A stretch of 64,000 nucleotides of DNA from Anthoceros angustus (GCA_010909165.1 VJWM01000108.1:372001-436000), one strand, 5' to 3'. Counted from the first letter of the stretch, positions 34,414 through 45,905 are shown. The notes: generated from the sequence alone by a model not told the origin. Made by a program: numbers and translations.

Positions 34414-37182
34414 TTGGTTGGTTGGGTGGAGACTTACCAGCCCTTTTCACGAATCAGGGTGGTGGAGGCTGAAGCGTCGTGGAGCAAATTGTGTGAGCAA
34501 GGGCAGCTGGATGAGGCCTTCCAGGTGGTGGATCTCTTGTGGCAGGATGGAAGTGGCGTGTCAAGGGACATGCTGTACGCTCTGTTGAAAGGGTGCATGG
34601 CCAGGAAGGACTTGGATTTTGGCAGAAAGGTTCATGACCTCACGGTGAGGAGTGGGCATGGGTCCAATTCTTTCTTGGGAAACCACATGATTCGCATGTA
34701 TGCTTCTCATGGAAGCATGGACGAAGCAAACCGAGTCTTCAGAAAGCTACCCGCACCTAATGAATTTGTGTGGGCTTCTATCATCTCTGCTCATGCTGAG
34801 AATAAGAGACCCCTGGATGGGATACAGCTTTACTGGCAGATGCGAGCTTCCAATGTGAGGCCAACTGATTATATATTAGTCGCTGTCCTGAAAGCTTGTG
34901 CTACTGGAGGTGATTTGACATCTGGCAAGCTTGTCCATGCTGATGTTGTGGACAGCGGGTTGGAGTCGAATGTGTTTGTCGGGAGCACGTTGATTGATAT
35001 GTATGCCAAGTGCGGGAGCATGGAGGATGCTCGCAGGGTGTTTGATAGCTTGGTGACAAAAAATGTGGTCACGTGGAACACCATGATTTCAGGTTGTGTT
35101 CTCAATGGCCTGGGTCATGAAGCTCTGAAACTGTATCGGGCCATGCAACAGGATGGCACGATGCCGGACAGTGCCACGTTTGTGAGCGTTCTTAAAGCAT
35201 GCAGCAGCGTTGGAGCCATTAAGGAGGGCAGGCAAGTCCATGAGGAAATTCTGCAGAGATCAGGGGATGTAGATACCTCGGTTCTGAACACACTTGTGGA
35301 CATGTATGCCAAATGTGCGAGCCTGCAAGATGCATGCAGAGTGTTTGACAGCATGTCGAGGAAAAATGTGGTGACCTTCAATGCGATGATTGCGGGCTAT
35401 GTACAGCATGGACGTTTTCAAGAGGCCCTTAACCTTCATTCGAGAATGCTTTCGAATGGAGTAACTGCTGACAGTGTCACCTTTTTAAGTGTGCTGAAAG
35501 CATGTGGCAGTTTAAGAGCCATCCAGGAGGGCAGGCAGGTCCATGTACAAATTTCAGACCAGAAATTAGAGTCAGATGTGTTTGTAGGTAGCGCGTTGGT
35601 AGACATGTATGCTAAATGTGGGAGCCTGGATGATGCTCGTAGAGTCTTTGACAAATTGTGCAACAGAAATCTGGTAACTTGGAATACCATGATTGCTGGA
35701 TATGGTCGCCAGGGGCTTGGCCAAGAAGCGCTGGCCCTGTACATGAACATGCGACATGGAGGCATGATACCAGACAGTGCGACATTTGTAAGTGTTTTGA
35801 AAGCTTGTAGCAGCATAAGAGCATTACAAGAAGGCAAACAGATCCATGACCACATCTTGGAGAGAAGGCTGCTCGAAGATGCATCTGTCAGCAGCTCACT
35901 GATCGACATGTATTCGAAATGTGGGAACCTTGAGGCCGCCCGCAGTGTTTTTGACAGACTGCAGACCAAAACTGAGGTGACATGGAACTCGATGATCGCT
36001 GGATACGTGCAGTGTGGACTTGGTAGGGAGGCGCTCAAACTATATGAAGGGATGCAGCAGAATGGTGTTACCCGAGATACTATCACCTACCTGAGCATCC
36101 TGAAAGCCTGTGCTAGCATAGGTGCCTTGAAGGAGGGCAAGCAGATCCACGACGATATCTTGGAAAGCGGGCTGGAGGCCGAAGTAACAGTGGGAAACAC
36201 GCTTGTGGACATGTATGCGAAATGTGGGAGCCTGGCTGATGCTCAGTCACTTTTTGACAGACTCTCGGTGAAGGATGTGGTGACATGGAATGCCCTTATC
36301 AACGGCTATGGTCAGCATAATGAATGTGGGTTGGCCATGAAATGTTTTGAAGCGATGCAGAGGCAGAGAGTTCCGCCAGATGCTGCAACATTCACCTCTC
36401 TGTTTGTAGCATGCAGTCATGTGGGACTGGTGAACGAGGGTCTTCACTACTTCAAGCTCATGATCGAAGAGCACGGCATCGTGCCTACAGATGAACACCA
36501 CACCTGTATAGTTGATCTTCTCGGCAGGTCAGGCTACCTCGAGGAGGCCCATAGCTTGGTGAGGTCCGTCACACCTGCGAGTGCCAAGTGGATATCTCTG
36601 CTGAGTGCATGCAGAAGTCACGGTGCGGTGGAGCGAGGAAGGCTATGCTTTGATATGCTTGTGGAACAGGACCCCGAAGAGGCTTCTGCGTACGTTCTCA
36701 TGTCAAAACTCTATGCGGAGGCTGGCATGCAAGAGGACGCAGATTCAATTGACGAATCCATGAGAAGCACTGGTGCAGTAAAGAAGCTTGCAAAGGCTGT
36801 GATTCAAGTTAATGACACAGTGCACGAGTTCACTGTGGGTGAAATGAGGGATGATCTATCTGCCAAGCTAAAAAGCTTGAACCTGGGAGCAGAGCAGCAG
36901 AAACGGGTGCCCCAATCTGACCCAGCATCTAAGCTGCCGTATGACGCAGAGGAGGAGGATGCCCTGTGTGGACATGCTGAGAAGCTGGCCTTAGCTTTTG
37001 GTCTCCTCAACACTCCGGAAGGCTCCACGTTGCTCGTCAACAAGAATCTGCGGATGTGTGATCACTGCCACAATGGAACCAAAGCCATCTCTAAGATTGA
37101 AAACCGCGAGATCATCATCCGAGATGCACACCGTGTTCATCACTTCAAGGATGGCTTCTGCTCCTGTGGGGATTTTCATTGA
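34414..37182 (+). CDS. PLS-class PPR-E1-E2-DYW:KP protein (C-terminus DFH); 5' end unresolved
   Basis: About 20 P/L/S motifs; KKLAKAVIQ, CGHAEKLA, CDHC, FCSCGDFH. No ATG at the ORF start; probable acceptor at 34457. Confidence 0.9.
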   Translation: MVGWVETYQPFSRIRVVEAEASWSKLCEQGQLDEAFQVVDLLWQDGSGVSRDMLYALLKGCMARKDLDFGRKVHDLTVRSGHGSNSFLGNHMIRMYASHGSMDEANRVFRKLPAPNEFVWASIISAHAENKRPLDGIQLYWQMRASNVRPTDYILVAVLKACATGGDLTSGKLVHADVVDSGLESNVFVGSTLIDMYAKCGSMEDARRVFDSLVTKNVVTWNTMISGCVLNGLGHEALKLYRAMQQDGTMPDSATFVSVLKACSSVGAIKEGRQVHEEILQRSGDVDTSVLNTLVDMYAKCASLQDACRVFDSMSRKNVVTFNAMIAGYVQHGRFQEALNLHSRMLSNGVTADSVTFLSVLKACGSLRAIQEGRQVHVQISDQKLESDVFVGSALVDMYAKCGSLDDARRVFDKLCNRNLVTWNTMIAGYGRQGLGQEALALYMNMRHGGMIPDSATFVSVLKACSSIRALQEGKQIHDHILERRLLEDASVSSSLIDMYSKCGNLEAARSVFDRLQTKTEVTWNSMIAGYVQCGLGREALKLYEGMQQNGVTRDTITYLSILKACASIGALKEGKQIHDDILESGLEAEVTVGNTLVDMYAKCGSLADAQSLFDRLSVKDVVTWNALINGYGQHNECGLAMKCFEAMQRQRVPPDAATFTSLFVACSHVGLVNEGLHYFKLMIEEHGIVPTDEHHTCIVDLLGRSGYLEEAHSLVRSVTPASAKWISLLSACRSHGAVERGRLCFDMLVEQDPEEASAYVLMSKLYAEAGMQEDADSIDESMRSTGAVKKLAKAVIQVNDTVHEFTVGEMRDDLSAKLKSLNLGAEQQKRVPQSDPASKLPYDAEEEDALCGHAEKLALAFGLLNTPEGSTLLVNKNLRMCDHCHNGTKAISKIENREIIIRDAHRVHHFKDGFCSCGDFH

Positions 37183-37254
37183 ATGCCTGTTGGAGCTTCT
37201 GTTATCTTCTCGACGCTGTTGCCTCTTATTTGTACCTGCAAGGAGACATCGGGT

Positions 37255-37690
37255 AGGACAAAATGAAGATGGGCTTTACGGCAAAGATGACATGGCCCTT
37301 GGACCAGGGATGGGCCCCTAAGGCAGTTCCAGAATTGGAAGTACCCATGCCCGTCGCGTCATCCTTGGGCCTGGCTGAGCTCGCCTCTATCATTTTGGCA
37401 GGCATGTACAGACTGTAGACAGAGCACCACGCATCTGAGGCTCTTGGAAATGGGATCACCATCCCAAAGGGCCAGCTGCTTTGCCACCACGCTTCTGCCA
37501 GGAACGTGATGGAATCTGGAATCTAGAATTTGGAATCTGGAATCTGGAATCTCTACCATCTCTCCATCCTGAGTCCTTGGCATCCTCCTCAAGGCCAAGA
37601 GTACGGCCCGAGAAGGCCACATCATACGGTGACCCAATGTCCTCCGGTCAGGCGGGACATCCATTCTACACATACGTACATGCATGAGCA
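37255..37690 (-). pseudogene. Degenerate copy of the CLC-f 3' exons and UTR
   Basis: FHHVPGRSVVAKQLALWDGDPISKSLRCVVLCLQ resembles CLC LHHVPVVARG...RKVVGLLDRDSIPKCLRCVLLCLQ; 37262-37320 resembles 46350-46410. Confidence 0.75.
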
Positions 37691-37980
37691 CTGACTACCT
37701 TCTGGAATGGATATTTAAAATATTAAATTTCAGCTTTATTACCTAAAATTATACAGAATTTTCTTAATAAAGTTTTTGAAATCGAAGTCATCTATACGAG
37801 TTGTTTCTACAATTCCTCAAACCTTGTAACCTCTGTTTGAGCTGTCAAGAAAGAGACATGAGATAGGAGAATCAAATGAGAAAATGAAGATGGGATGCTT
37901 TAGGCAACCATGAGATGATCGTGGGCCAGGGATGATCGTAGGCCAAGGATGGGCCCATGGAGGGAACAACATAAGAGATT

Positions 37981-40257
37981 ACCCTCAAGGTTTGACAGGC
38001 ATGTGAAACTTGTAGCAATGGAGCATTATCTTGAGACACTTGGGAATGATATCACGATCCAAAAAGGCCAACTTCTCATGTGAAGCTTTTAGCTATGGAA
38101 CATTGCCCTGAGACACTTGGGAATGATCCGAAAATGCCAACTACTTTGCAACCATGATTTTACCAACGCCCTTGTTGTGCACCAGCCATGACTATGACGA
38201 AATAGGAAGCAAAGAAACCGTAAATGTTATCAAAAGTCTCTAAGATGCTAGAGAATATTATTGGCTTATTATTACAAAAACTCAAGCATGTGACATAACT
38301 AGCACACTCGGACCATTTGTATGTATAAAAACTCAAGCACGTTAGAATCGACCCTCAGTATATGTACTCTCAATATATGTTATTTTTATATTGTATGTTG
38401 CTCATCTTTCTACTCCCAATGCAGTTCTACTTTGCTCTTCCCGGACATAATAGGGCAAAAGGATATTTGTTATTTTTTATTAATTAGTATAATGTATGAC
38501 TACTTAAAAACTAAATTTTATTTTTTCATGGGTCCGCTCTAGTCTTTGATCGAGGCTTTATACTATCTATAGAGATGAATACAAATATTTTTTAAAATTT
38601 TATTTTTGATACATGTTATTCTATGTTACCCTTATTGATACTCTCGGTGGATAACATCCATTGAGGCTACACTACACATAGCCAGCATATGATGACCACA
38701 TATATGACCAAGTGTTTACAACATTTGTGTCTACCATGTATCTACACTTGGCCTTCACATGGCCTCTATACCCATAGGTGCACCTTAAAACATTAAAACA
38801 TAACGTGTAGTGACCACACTTATGACCATGAGGGTTCGCTACCCGTTGTCTATCATATATTTATAGTTAGCCTTTACATGGCCTCTATAGTTAGCCTATC
38901 ATATATCTATAGTTAGCCCTATCATATATCTATAGTTAGCCTTTACATGGCCTCTATAGTTAGCCTTTACATGGCCTCTGGATTTAGGGTCTACCCTAAT
39001 ACACGATTACTCAAATGAGTAATTTAATCATTCGTCAATACCCTCCTCGTGTCAGTACAAGAACGTAGTGTGATGCATATATCAACTGCTAGGCCTCCCT
39101 AGGTAGGATATGTGACTACCCTCAAGGTTTGACAGCATGTGAAACTTGTAGCAATGGAGCATTATCTTGAGACACTTGGGAATGATATCACGATCCAAAA
39201 AGGCCAACTTCTCATGTGAAGCTTTTAGCTATGGAACATTGCCCTGAGACACTTGGGAATGATCCGAAAATGCCAACTACTTTGCAACCATGATTTTACC
39301 AACGCCCTTGTTGTGCACCACCATGACTATGACTTAAATAGGAAGCAAAGAAACCAGAATGTTATCAAAAGTCTCTAAGATGCTAGAGAATATTATTGGC
39401 TTATTATTACAAAAACTCAAGCATGTGACATAACTAGCACACTCGGACCATTTGTATGTATAAAACTCAAGCACGTTAGAATCGACCCTCAAAGATATGT
39501 ACTCTCAATATATGTTATTTTTATATTGTATGTTGCTCATCTTTCTACTCCCAATGCGTTCTACTTTGCTCTTCCCGGACATAATAGGGCAAAAGGATAT
39601 TTGTTATTTTTTATTAATTAGTATAATGTATGACTACTTAAAAACTAAATTTTATTTTTTCATGGGTCCGCTCTAGTCTTTGATCGAGGCTTTATACTAT
39701 CTATAGAGATGAATACAAATATTTTTTAAAATTTTATTTTTGATACATGTTATTCTATGTTACCCTTATTGATACTCTCGGTGGATAACATCCATTGAGG
39801 CTACACTACACATAGCCAGCATATGATGACCACATATATGACCTGAAGTGTTTACAACATTTGTGTCTACCATGTATCTACACTTGGCCTTCACATGGCC
39901 TCTATACCCATAGGTGCACCTTAAAACATTAAAACATAACGTGTAGTGACCACACTTATGACCATGAGGGTTCGCTACCCCGTTGTCTATCATATATTTA
40001 TAGTTAGCCTTTACATGGCCTCTATAGTTAGCCCTATCATATATCTATAGTTAGCCCTATCATATATCTATAGTTAGCCTTTACATGGCCTCTATAGTTA
40101 GCCTTTACATGGCCTCTGGATTTAGGGTCTACCCTAATACACGATTACTCAAATGAGTAATTTAATCATTCGTCAATACCCTCCTCGTGTCAGTACAAGA
40201 ACGTAGTGTGATGCATATATCAACTGCTAGGCCTCCCTAGGTAGGATATGTGACTAC
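37981..40257. repeat. Near-identical ~1.14-kb tandem duplication (37981-39116 / 39117-40257)
   Basis: Both copies run accctcaaggtttgaca...ctaggtaggatatgtgact and differ mainly by 1-2 nt indels. Confidence 0.92.
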
Positions 40258-40507
40258 TATTCTCTCCATCCTTTAGAAACTTGCATATCTGAATTATCTT
40301 AGATTCACCATCAAAGTCGACTACTTCTAAACCATAATTTGGTAGGACCTCCTCCAAGAATTGATGTGTACATCGATGTCTTAGTTCAAGGAACTCTTTT
40401 AAATCAAAGATTATATTATTTATTGAATTAGCAATGAAAATCATTCGGAATGCAGCAATCCCAACAACCCCAACAAGGACCCAGTTGGCCACATCTCCGC
40501 TTTTCAT
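40220..40507 (-). other. Small ORF (95 aa from ATG 40507) with a hydrophobic segment, paralogous to 44487-44711
   Basis: MKSGDVANWVLVGVVGIAAFRMIFIANSINNIIFDLKEFLELRHRCTHQFL aligns with the 44487-44711 ORF. Confidence 0.4.
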
Positions 40508-40813
40508 CCCTCGAATACTCCAGTAACGTTCCAAACCACGGAGTGAACCCGGCTCTCTGCTCACCAATAGGCATGTTAAATAGAGGTGACTCAAAAGATT
40601 TTAACACAATCTATTAGAAAGTCAAGAGATAGAAGACTAAAAGTCATGTAAACTAAAGGTGAAACGTCAAGTAAGTTAAAGGACTACGTCACTACAATAT
40701 AAATAAATTAGCCTATTACTAGTACCAAACATAGAAGAAAGCTAGTAAGTAAGCTAATCAATAAGCCATGCCCTTAGCTGTTGACCCACAAGTGATGTTT
40801 GGTACTCTCTTCA

Positions 40814-41325
40814 TGCTTCGCACGTCGCCCATGGTTCCTACTTCGCACATGGCCCAGGGTTTCTGCTTCGCACCTTGCCTAAGGTTCCTGCTTAGCACGA
40901 TGCCTAAGGTTCCTGCTTCGCACGTCGCCCAGGGTTCCTACTTCGCACATGGCCCAAGGTTTCTGCTTCGCACCTTGCCTAAGGTTCCTGCTTAGCACGA
41001 TGCCTAAGGTTCCTGCTTCGCACGTCGTTTAAGGTTCGTGCTTCGCAGGTCTTTTAGGGTTCGTGCTTCGCAGGTCTTTTAGGGTTCTTGCTTCGCAGGT
41101 CTTTTAGGGTTCCTGCTTCGCAGGTCTTTTAGGGTTCCTGCTTCGCACATGACCCAGGGTTTCTGCTTCGCACGTGCCTAAGGTTCCTGCTTCGCACGTC
41201 GTTTAGGGTTCCTGCTTTGCACATGACCCAGGGTTTCTGCTTCGCACGTGCCTAAGGTTCCTGCTTCGCACGTCGTTTAGGGTTCCTGCTTCGCACGTCT
41301 TTTAGGGTTCGTGCTTCGCACATTG
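40814..41325. repeat. 25-bp minisatellite, about 21 copies (e.g. ttttagggttcctgcttcgcaggtc), with higher-order structure
   Basis: cttcgca core every 24-25 bp; a 100-bp four-unit block is duplicated at 40816-41015 and a 74-bp three-unit block at 41141-41288. Confidence 0.92.
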
Positions 41326-41334
41326 CCCAAATAT

Positions 41335-42960
41335 ACCTTATTCGAACTGTGTCTCCCTCTCCGGCTTTTCTATCTAGCTTGAGGGACTTCGAAAACTAGG
41401 TCATCCAGACATTGGGTGACATCATCGGCCCAGGTACCTTCAAGGGTAATGTTGGGGATCTGGCGCGGCGGCAAACGTCCCTAGCTAATATGTTTGGGGG
41501 TACAGGTCTATTGGTCACAGAGGCTTTTGCGCCGACAAGCTTCCTTGGAAGTTGGGCCCTCTCCACCCCTATCTTGGCGGCTCGCTTTCTAATCAAGGAT
41601 TCCTACATCTTAGAGGGCTTCGTCTCGGGGGTAAAGGAGGGGGGTTTTTCCTTGCAAGCATCCTTAAGGTTGACTAGGGGTCTTTTACCCTCTCAGGCTA
41701 GGGAGGTTATGTCTCCTTTGGCCTTGTTCCGTGTAGATGGTTTTTGTGGGCTTCAAGCCTCTCTCCGAGCGAAGCAATATAGACAGTTGAATTCCTTCAT
41801 TGCTCTACCCACTTGAGCTCACCCTCGCTCTTGTTTGGGGAAGGGAGCAGGTTTCTGGCTTTTGGCCCGACCTTGCATCCAGGAGGCCTTCCGATTCGCA
41901 CCGACTTCTTCTCTACCGCTACGAGGTTCCGCCTAAGCTTGGTCCAACCTAGTTAGAAATAAGGCAGACCACATGGTTCTGTATTACGCTGGTAAGTCTA
42001 ACTAGACCTAGCTATAAAGTGTAGTTAGTTAAGTAGCAGGCTAATTGAAAAAAACACACCCCTTCGTAAACCGCTATACAAGGCCTACCAATGAACACAT
42101 CTTCAAACAATTGCAAAAAGTACTTTGATGCAATCGCTTTCGTATATGGAATTCTAACTAGCCTCAATCGAGCTTTGAAAGTTCTCTCACGACCTACAGC
42201 TGTGGGGCTCCCTTCGATGACTCTGGGACCCACTTGGCTCGCTATCTAATTGGTGGGCAATGCATTGTCGCACATAGGGTAGTCTGAGACGTCATGTTCT
42301 TCATTGCTAGGGAGAGCGGAGCGCCCACATACTTTGTCTAATGACATTTCTCTTAGGGCTAACCTATATCTAACCTGGCTGGACTTGGTCTCTATTGCAT
42401 ATGTGGTTGCAACAGACCCTACTCAGGATATCGCCTGCAAGCATGTCATCATCAACCCTCCGGGTTGGGCAGTGGAGGGATGCGCTACGACCAAGGTTCA
42501 CAAGTACACCCCTATAAAGGAAGGCCATGCTTTCATTCCCCTTGCTGTTGAGAATCATGGGGCCATGGGCAAAGACTTCTCGAGGTTTATCAAGTTTTGT
42601 GCTAAAGCATACCACATCCACAAGAACGAGGCAGGTCTGCCTCTTGCCTGTGTGGTGCCTTTCTTCCGGCTACGAGTATTCATTGCCCTGCAGAGGGCAT
42701 TGGCAAACGCAATTTTCAGGACGGCTTTAAACGCGGAGAATGTGGCAGCTTCAGCTCTGGTGGTAAGTAGGCCATTCCTTATTCTAGACTATGACATCTT
42801 GGGTACGAGAGGTAGCTTTAGGGTAGAAGATGGGGTGGGGCTAGTCCCTTTAGGCCTAGGGCCCCCTAGAGAGACGATGGGGCATCGCCCCAATGTAGTT
42901 GGGACTTTCCATCCCTACATATTTATATAGTCTCTAATTTTTCATTCTTAGTTTTCAATT
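41335..42960 (+). mobile_element. 5'-truncated, decayed non-LTR retrotransposon with zinc knuckle and restriction-like endonuclease (CRE-like)
   Basis: LARRQTSLANMFGGTGLL...SFLGSW; GAGFWLLARP; FFSTATRFRLSL; YSCGAPFDDSGTHLARY..GG...AHRVV; ATTKVHKY...AFIPLAVENHGAMG; RVFIALQRALANAI. Confidence 0.7.
41951..42159 (+). mobile_element. Solo LTR (209 bp) related to the Copia LTR at 51014-51205; termini AG...CT, 5-bp TSD aacct/agcct
   Basis: Starts agttagaaataaggcagaccacatggttctgta and ends ggaattctaact. Removing it plus one TSD restores the host LINE frame (LVQP|QSSFESSLTTYSCG). Confidence 0.8.
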
Positions 42961-43604
42961 TTCAAGTCATCCTGTGCATCAGCGCTGCTTTCCCAGACCC
43001 AGTTGCACGGTTCAGGCACCGCAGATGCGAAGCATTTCTGTGTGGTCCATGCCTTGCTGTGCTGCCCAGGATGCTACCAAGTTCATCATTCATGTCCTCG
43101 AAGAGTCGCCCCGAGAAACAGCTCTTCAGCCATCCAGTGCCAAATCCATTCAGTGCGCCAAATCCAGCCATCCAGTGAATCTCCTTCTGATCGAGCCCAG
43201 AAGCCCGTGTAGCAGCAAAACTCAGCTTTCCTCTTCCCTGACCTTGAATTTGCCACACGCTGAAGAACCATACTGCAAAATCGTCATTCTGTGCGGGGAA
43301 TCCCCATACACAGAAGTACAGCTCGGGCACTGCAAATGCGAAACCTTGGTGGAGCGTCATCTCCATTGTGTACTGTCAGTTGCCTACACATTGCAGCTGC
43401 CACGTCCTTCAGTAGGCCTGTCACCACACAAGCATGGGAATCCTGGAACCTGGAAATTTGTCTGTGAGGGACAAGCCCCAGAGTTCTTTCTTCAGTTTTT
43501 TTTTTGAGAGGTCTGAATTATGGAGCACATCGCAACTTGACAGTGCATTAGAGCATCACAAGATGGCAAATTGAGAGACACACAGTTTGGTGCTGTGAAT
43601 TGAA

Positions 43605-44196
43605 GGAGGCTGTGATTTCAGTCAGTGGCTCAGTTCATAGCTCACGCTGGGTGAAATGAGGGATGTATTTGCCAAGCTCCAAACCAGTCGGGCATGACTA
43701 GGAATCAAAACGCAGGTTCGAATCCTGCCCACCAGGTTTAAACGAGGGTTTCGCGACAGCTCAGTTTTGTGCCTGCGAAAAAATGCTGGAACCTTTGGCC
43801 CAAGAAAGCTCCTCACGCCGGTTCAGCCTAAAAGAACACATATCTCCACGCTGGTTTAGCCTAAACATGTATCTGGCAAGCTCATGAGCTTGAATCTAGG
43901 AGTAGAGCGGCAGAAACGAGTGGTCCAGTCTGACCGAAAGCTGCTGTATGACGCAGAGTTAGAGGATGTCTTGTGCGGACATGCTGAGAAGCTGGCCTTG
44001 GCTTTGGGTCTCCTCAACACTCCGGAAGCCTGAAGCCTCAACGTTTCTCGTCAACAAGAATCTTCCGATGTGTGATCAGTGCCACAGTGGAACCAAAGCC
44101 AACCCTAAGATAAAAAAACCGCCACATAATCATCCGAGATACATACCGTGTTCATCTCTTCAAGGACGGCTCTGCCCTCGTGGGGATTTCCATTGA
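43605..44196 (+). pseudogene. Decayed DYW:KP domain copy (paralog of 36790-37182)
   Basis: gggtgaaatgagggat; LCGHAEKLALALGLLNTPE; KNLPMCDQCHSGTKA; ends ggggatttccattga. Carries stops, frameshifts and a ~180-bp insertion. Confidence 0.85.
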
Positions 44197-44486
44197 ACGG
44201 TTCTCGGAGCTTCTGTTTGCTTTCCTCGCAATCGGGTAGAAGAATGAAACCAGAAAATGAAGATCGACTGTTTTACGACAAATATGACATGGTCCTTGGA
44301 CCTTGGACCAGGGATGGTCCCACATTTACACAACCCAGGCTTATTCCAATGGATAATGGTATACACAATACAGCAACGTGATTCAGCCTTGTGGCCTCTA
44401 TCAACTTCTGTGCCCCTCTCAACGTCAAATCAAGTTATGCAACCACTATTCATTCCTGTCCTCCTTAAACTTGCATATTCGCATTG

Positions 44487-44711
44487 TCAAGGCACTTTGT
44501 CATTTCGAGTATGGAGGACGAGAAATCGTTGGGTACCACGTTGAGGTTCCAAACACTTTTTCATATCCCGCATTATATCCTTCATATCACAAACTATACC
44601 CTTCATATCATAAATCGTTTTGGCCATGAAAATTGTTCCGCATGCAGCAGCCACAAAAACCCCGATCAAGGCACAACTGGCAGCACAGCTAGCAGCATCC
44701 TCAGCCTTCAT
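44487..44711 (-). other. Small ORF (74 aa): hydrophobic helix plus three 7-aa DMK repeats
   Basis: MKAEDAASCAASCALIGVFVAAACGTIFMAKTIYDMKGIVCDMKDIMRDMKKCLEPQRGTQRFL; 21-bp DNA repeats. Confidence 0.4.
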
Positions 44712-45384
44712 CTCACCCTATTATGATATACATGTTAAGCATCATCATCATCTAAAGTCTAAGAAAATCTTCATGTAAAAAAGACATATACCTAAAACCT
44801 ATTCAATTTAAAAATTAGGTTAATATCTATTATTATTATCTAAAGCCTAACAAACAAAGAAATGAAGGATAATGAGAGACACATACTCGTCACAAATGTG
44901 CTAGAAGATGATGTTGCTAGAGCTTAAGATGAACGTGGATTGTGAGCCTCCCACGTGCAAGTTCTGAATAAGATGCAAGGTCGCTAACTATCTGTTAACC
45001 ATCAACTTGTACATATTTATATCTATCTCAAAGATAGCCACGTGCCTACGATTACAACACAAACACCATTACACACCTCTAATACTAGACCTCCACATAG
45101 TCCTACAAATATTTGCCATCTACAAACTACTCACATCTACATTCTAGGTACTTGTTGTTTTTCTTATCATGGAACAAACAATGATAGAAGAAACAAGTCT
45201 GCAATAGAGAAATCAAAAAACAGTCAACTACTAGCCATATGCATGCGCACCTGTCTATTCGACAGTTAATCCTGTCGAGCCTCTCCACATCATATTCCCA
45301 TAGCCTACTCAAGAGCAGGAGAAGAGAATGTGCGTAAAAATACAAGAACTGCCCGATTTATGTATGTCCAGCAAGCTGCTAACC

Positions 45385-45640
45385 TCATGATTTCATGCAA
45401 TCGCAGTGCATCTACCTCCCTGTAGGCAGCTTCTCTTAGAAAATAACGGATTCCATGCAACCGCATATGTGCCTTTACCCCCTTGCACAACTTCCTCTTT
45501 AAAAAATGCGGAATCCATGCAACCTCATATGTGCCTTGACCCCCTTTGAACAAGTTTCTCTTTACAAAAATGCGGATTCCATGCAACCACAAATGTGCGT
45601 GTACCCCATTCTGGAATATGCGGATTCCGTGCAACCACAT
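45385..45640. repeat. Irregular repeats with core gga(t/a)tccatgcaacc
   Basis: Core at about 45449, 45510, 45574 and 45623. Confidence 0.65.
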
Positions 45641-45787
45641 TGATATGTAGGTAGATCTGGACAGCTTCTCTTCGAAAAAATGCATGCGGCAACACACACA
45701 CATGCTTCCAAACGAGCCCTACCGGGCGGGACTGACCACCACAATGGAAATAAAGCCATCTCTAAATTGACATAGCGAAATCATCTG

Positions 45788-45905
45788 ATATGCACACCGT
45801 GTTCATCGCTTCAAGGATAGCTTCTATTTTGTTGGGGTTTTCATTGACTGGTTGCTGGGTGTCTGTTGTTATCTTTGCTTGGACGCTGTTACCGCTACTT
45901 GTGCC
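45788..45905 (+). pseudogene. Remnant of the DYW 3' end and UTR adjacent to the CLC 3' region
   Basis: gatatgcacaccgtgttcatcgcttcaaggatagc...ggggttttcattga resembles 37121-37182. Confidence 0.75.

Noticed and set aside
40814-41325. CRISPR-like periodic array
   Set aside because: Units are contiguous 25-mers with no unique spacers, there are no cas genes, and the context is eukaryotic.
42962-43507. ORFs 42962-43366 (-) and 42974-43507 (+)
   Set aside because: No recognisable motif or splice structure; cannot be supported as genes.
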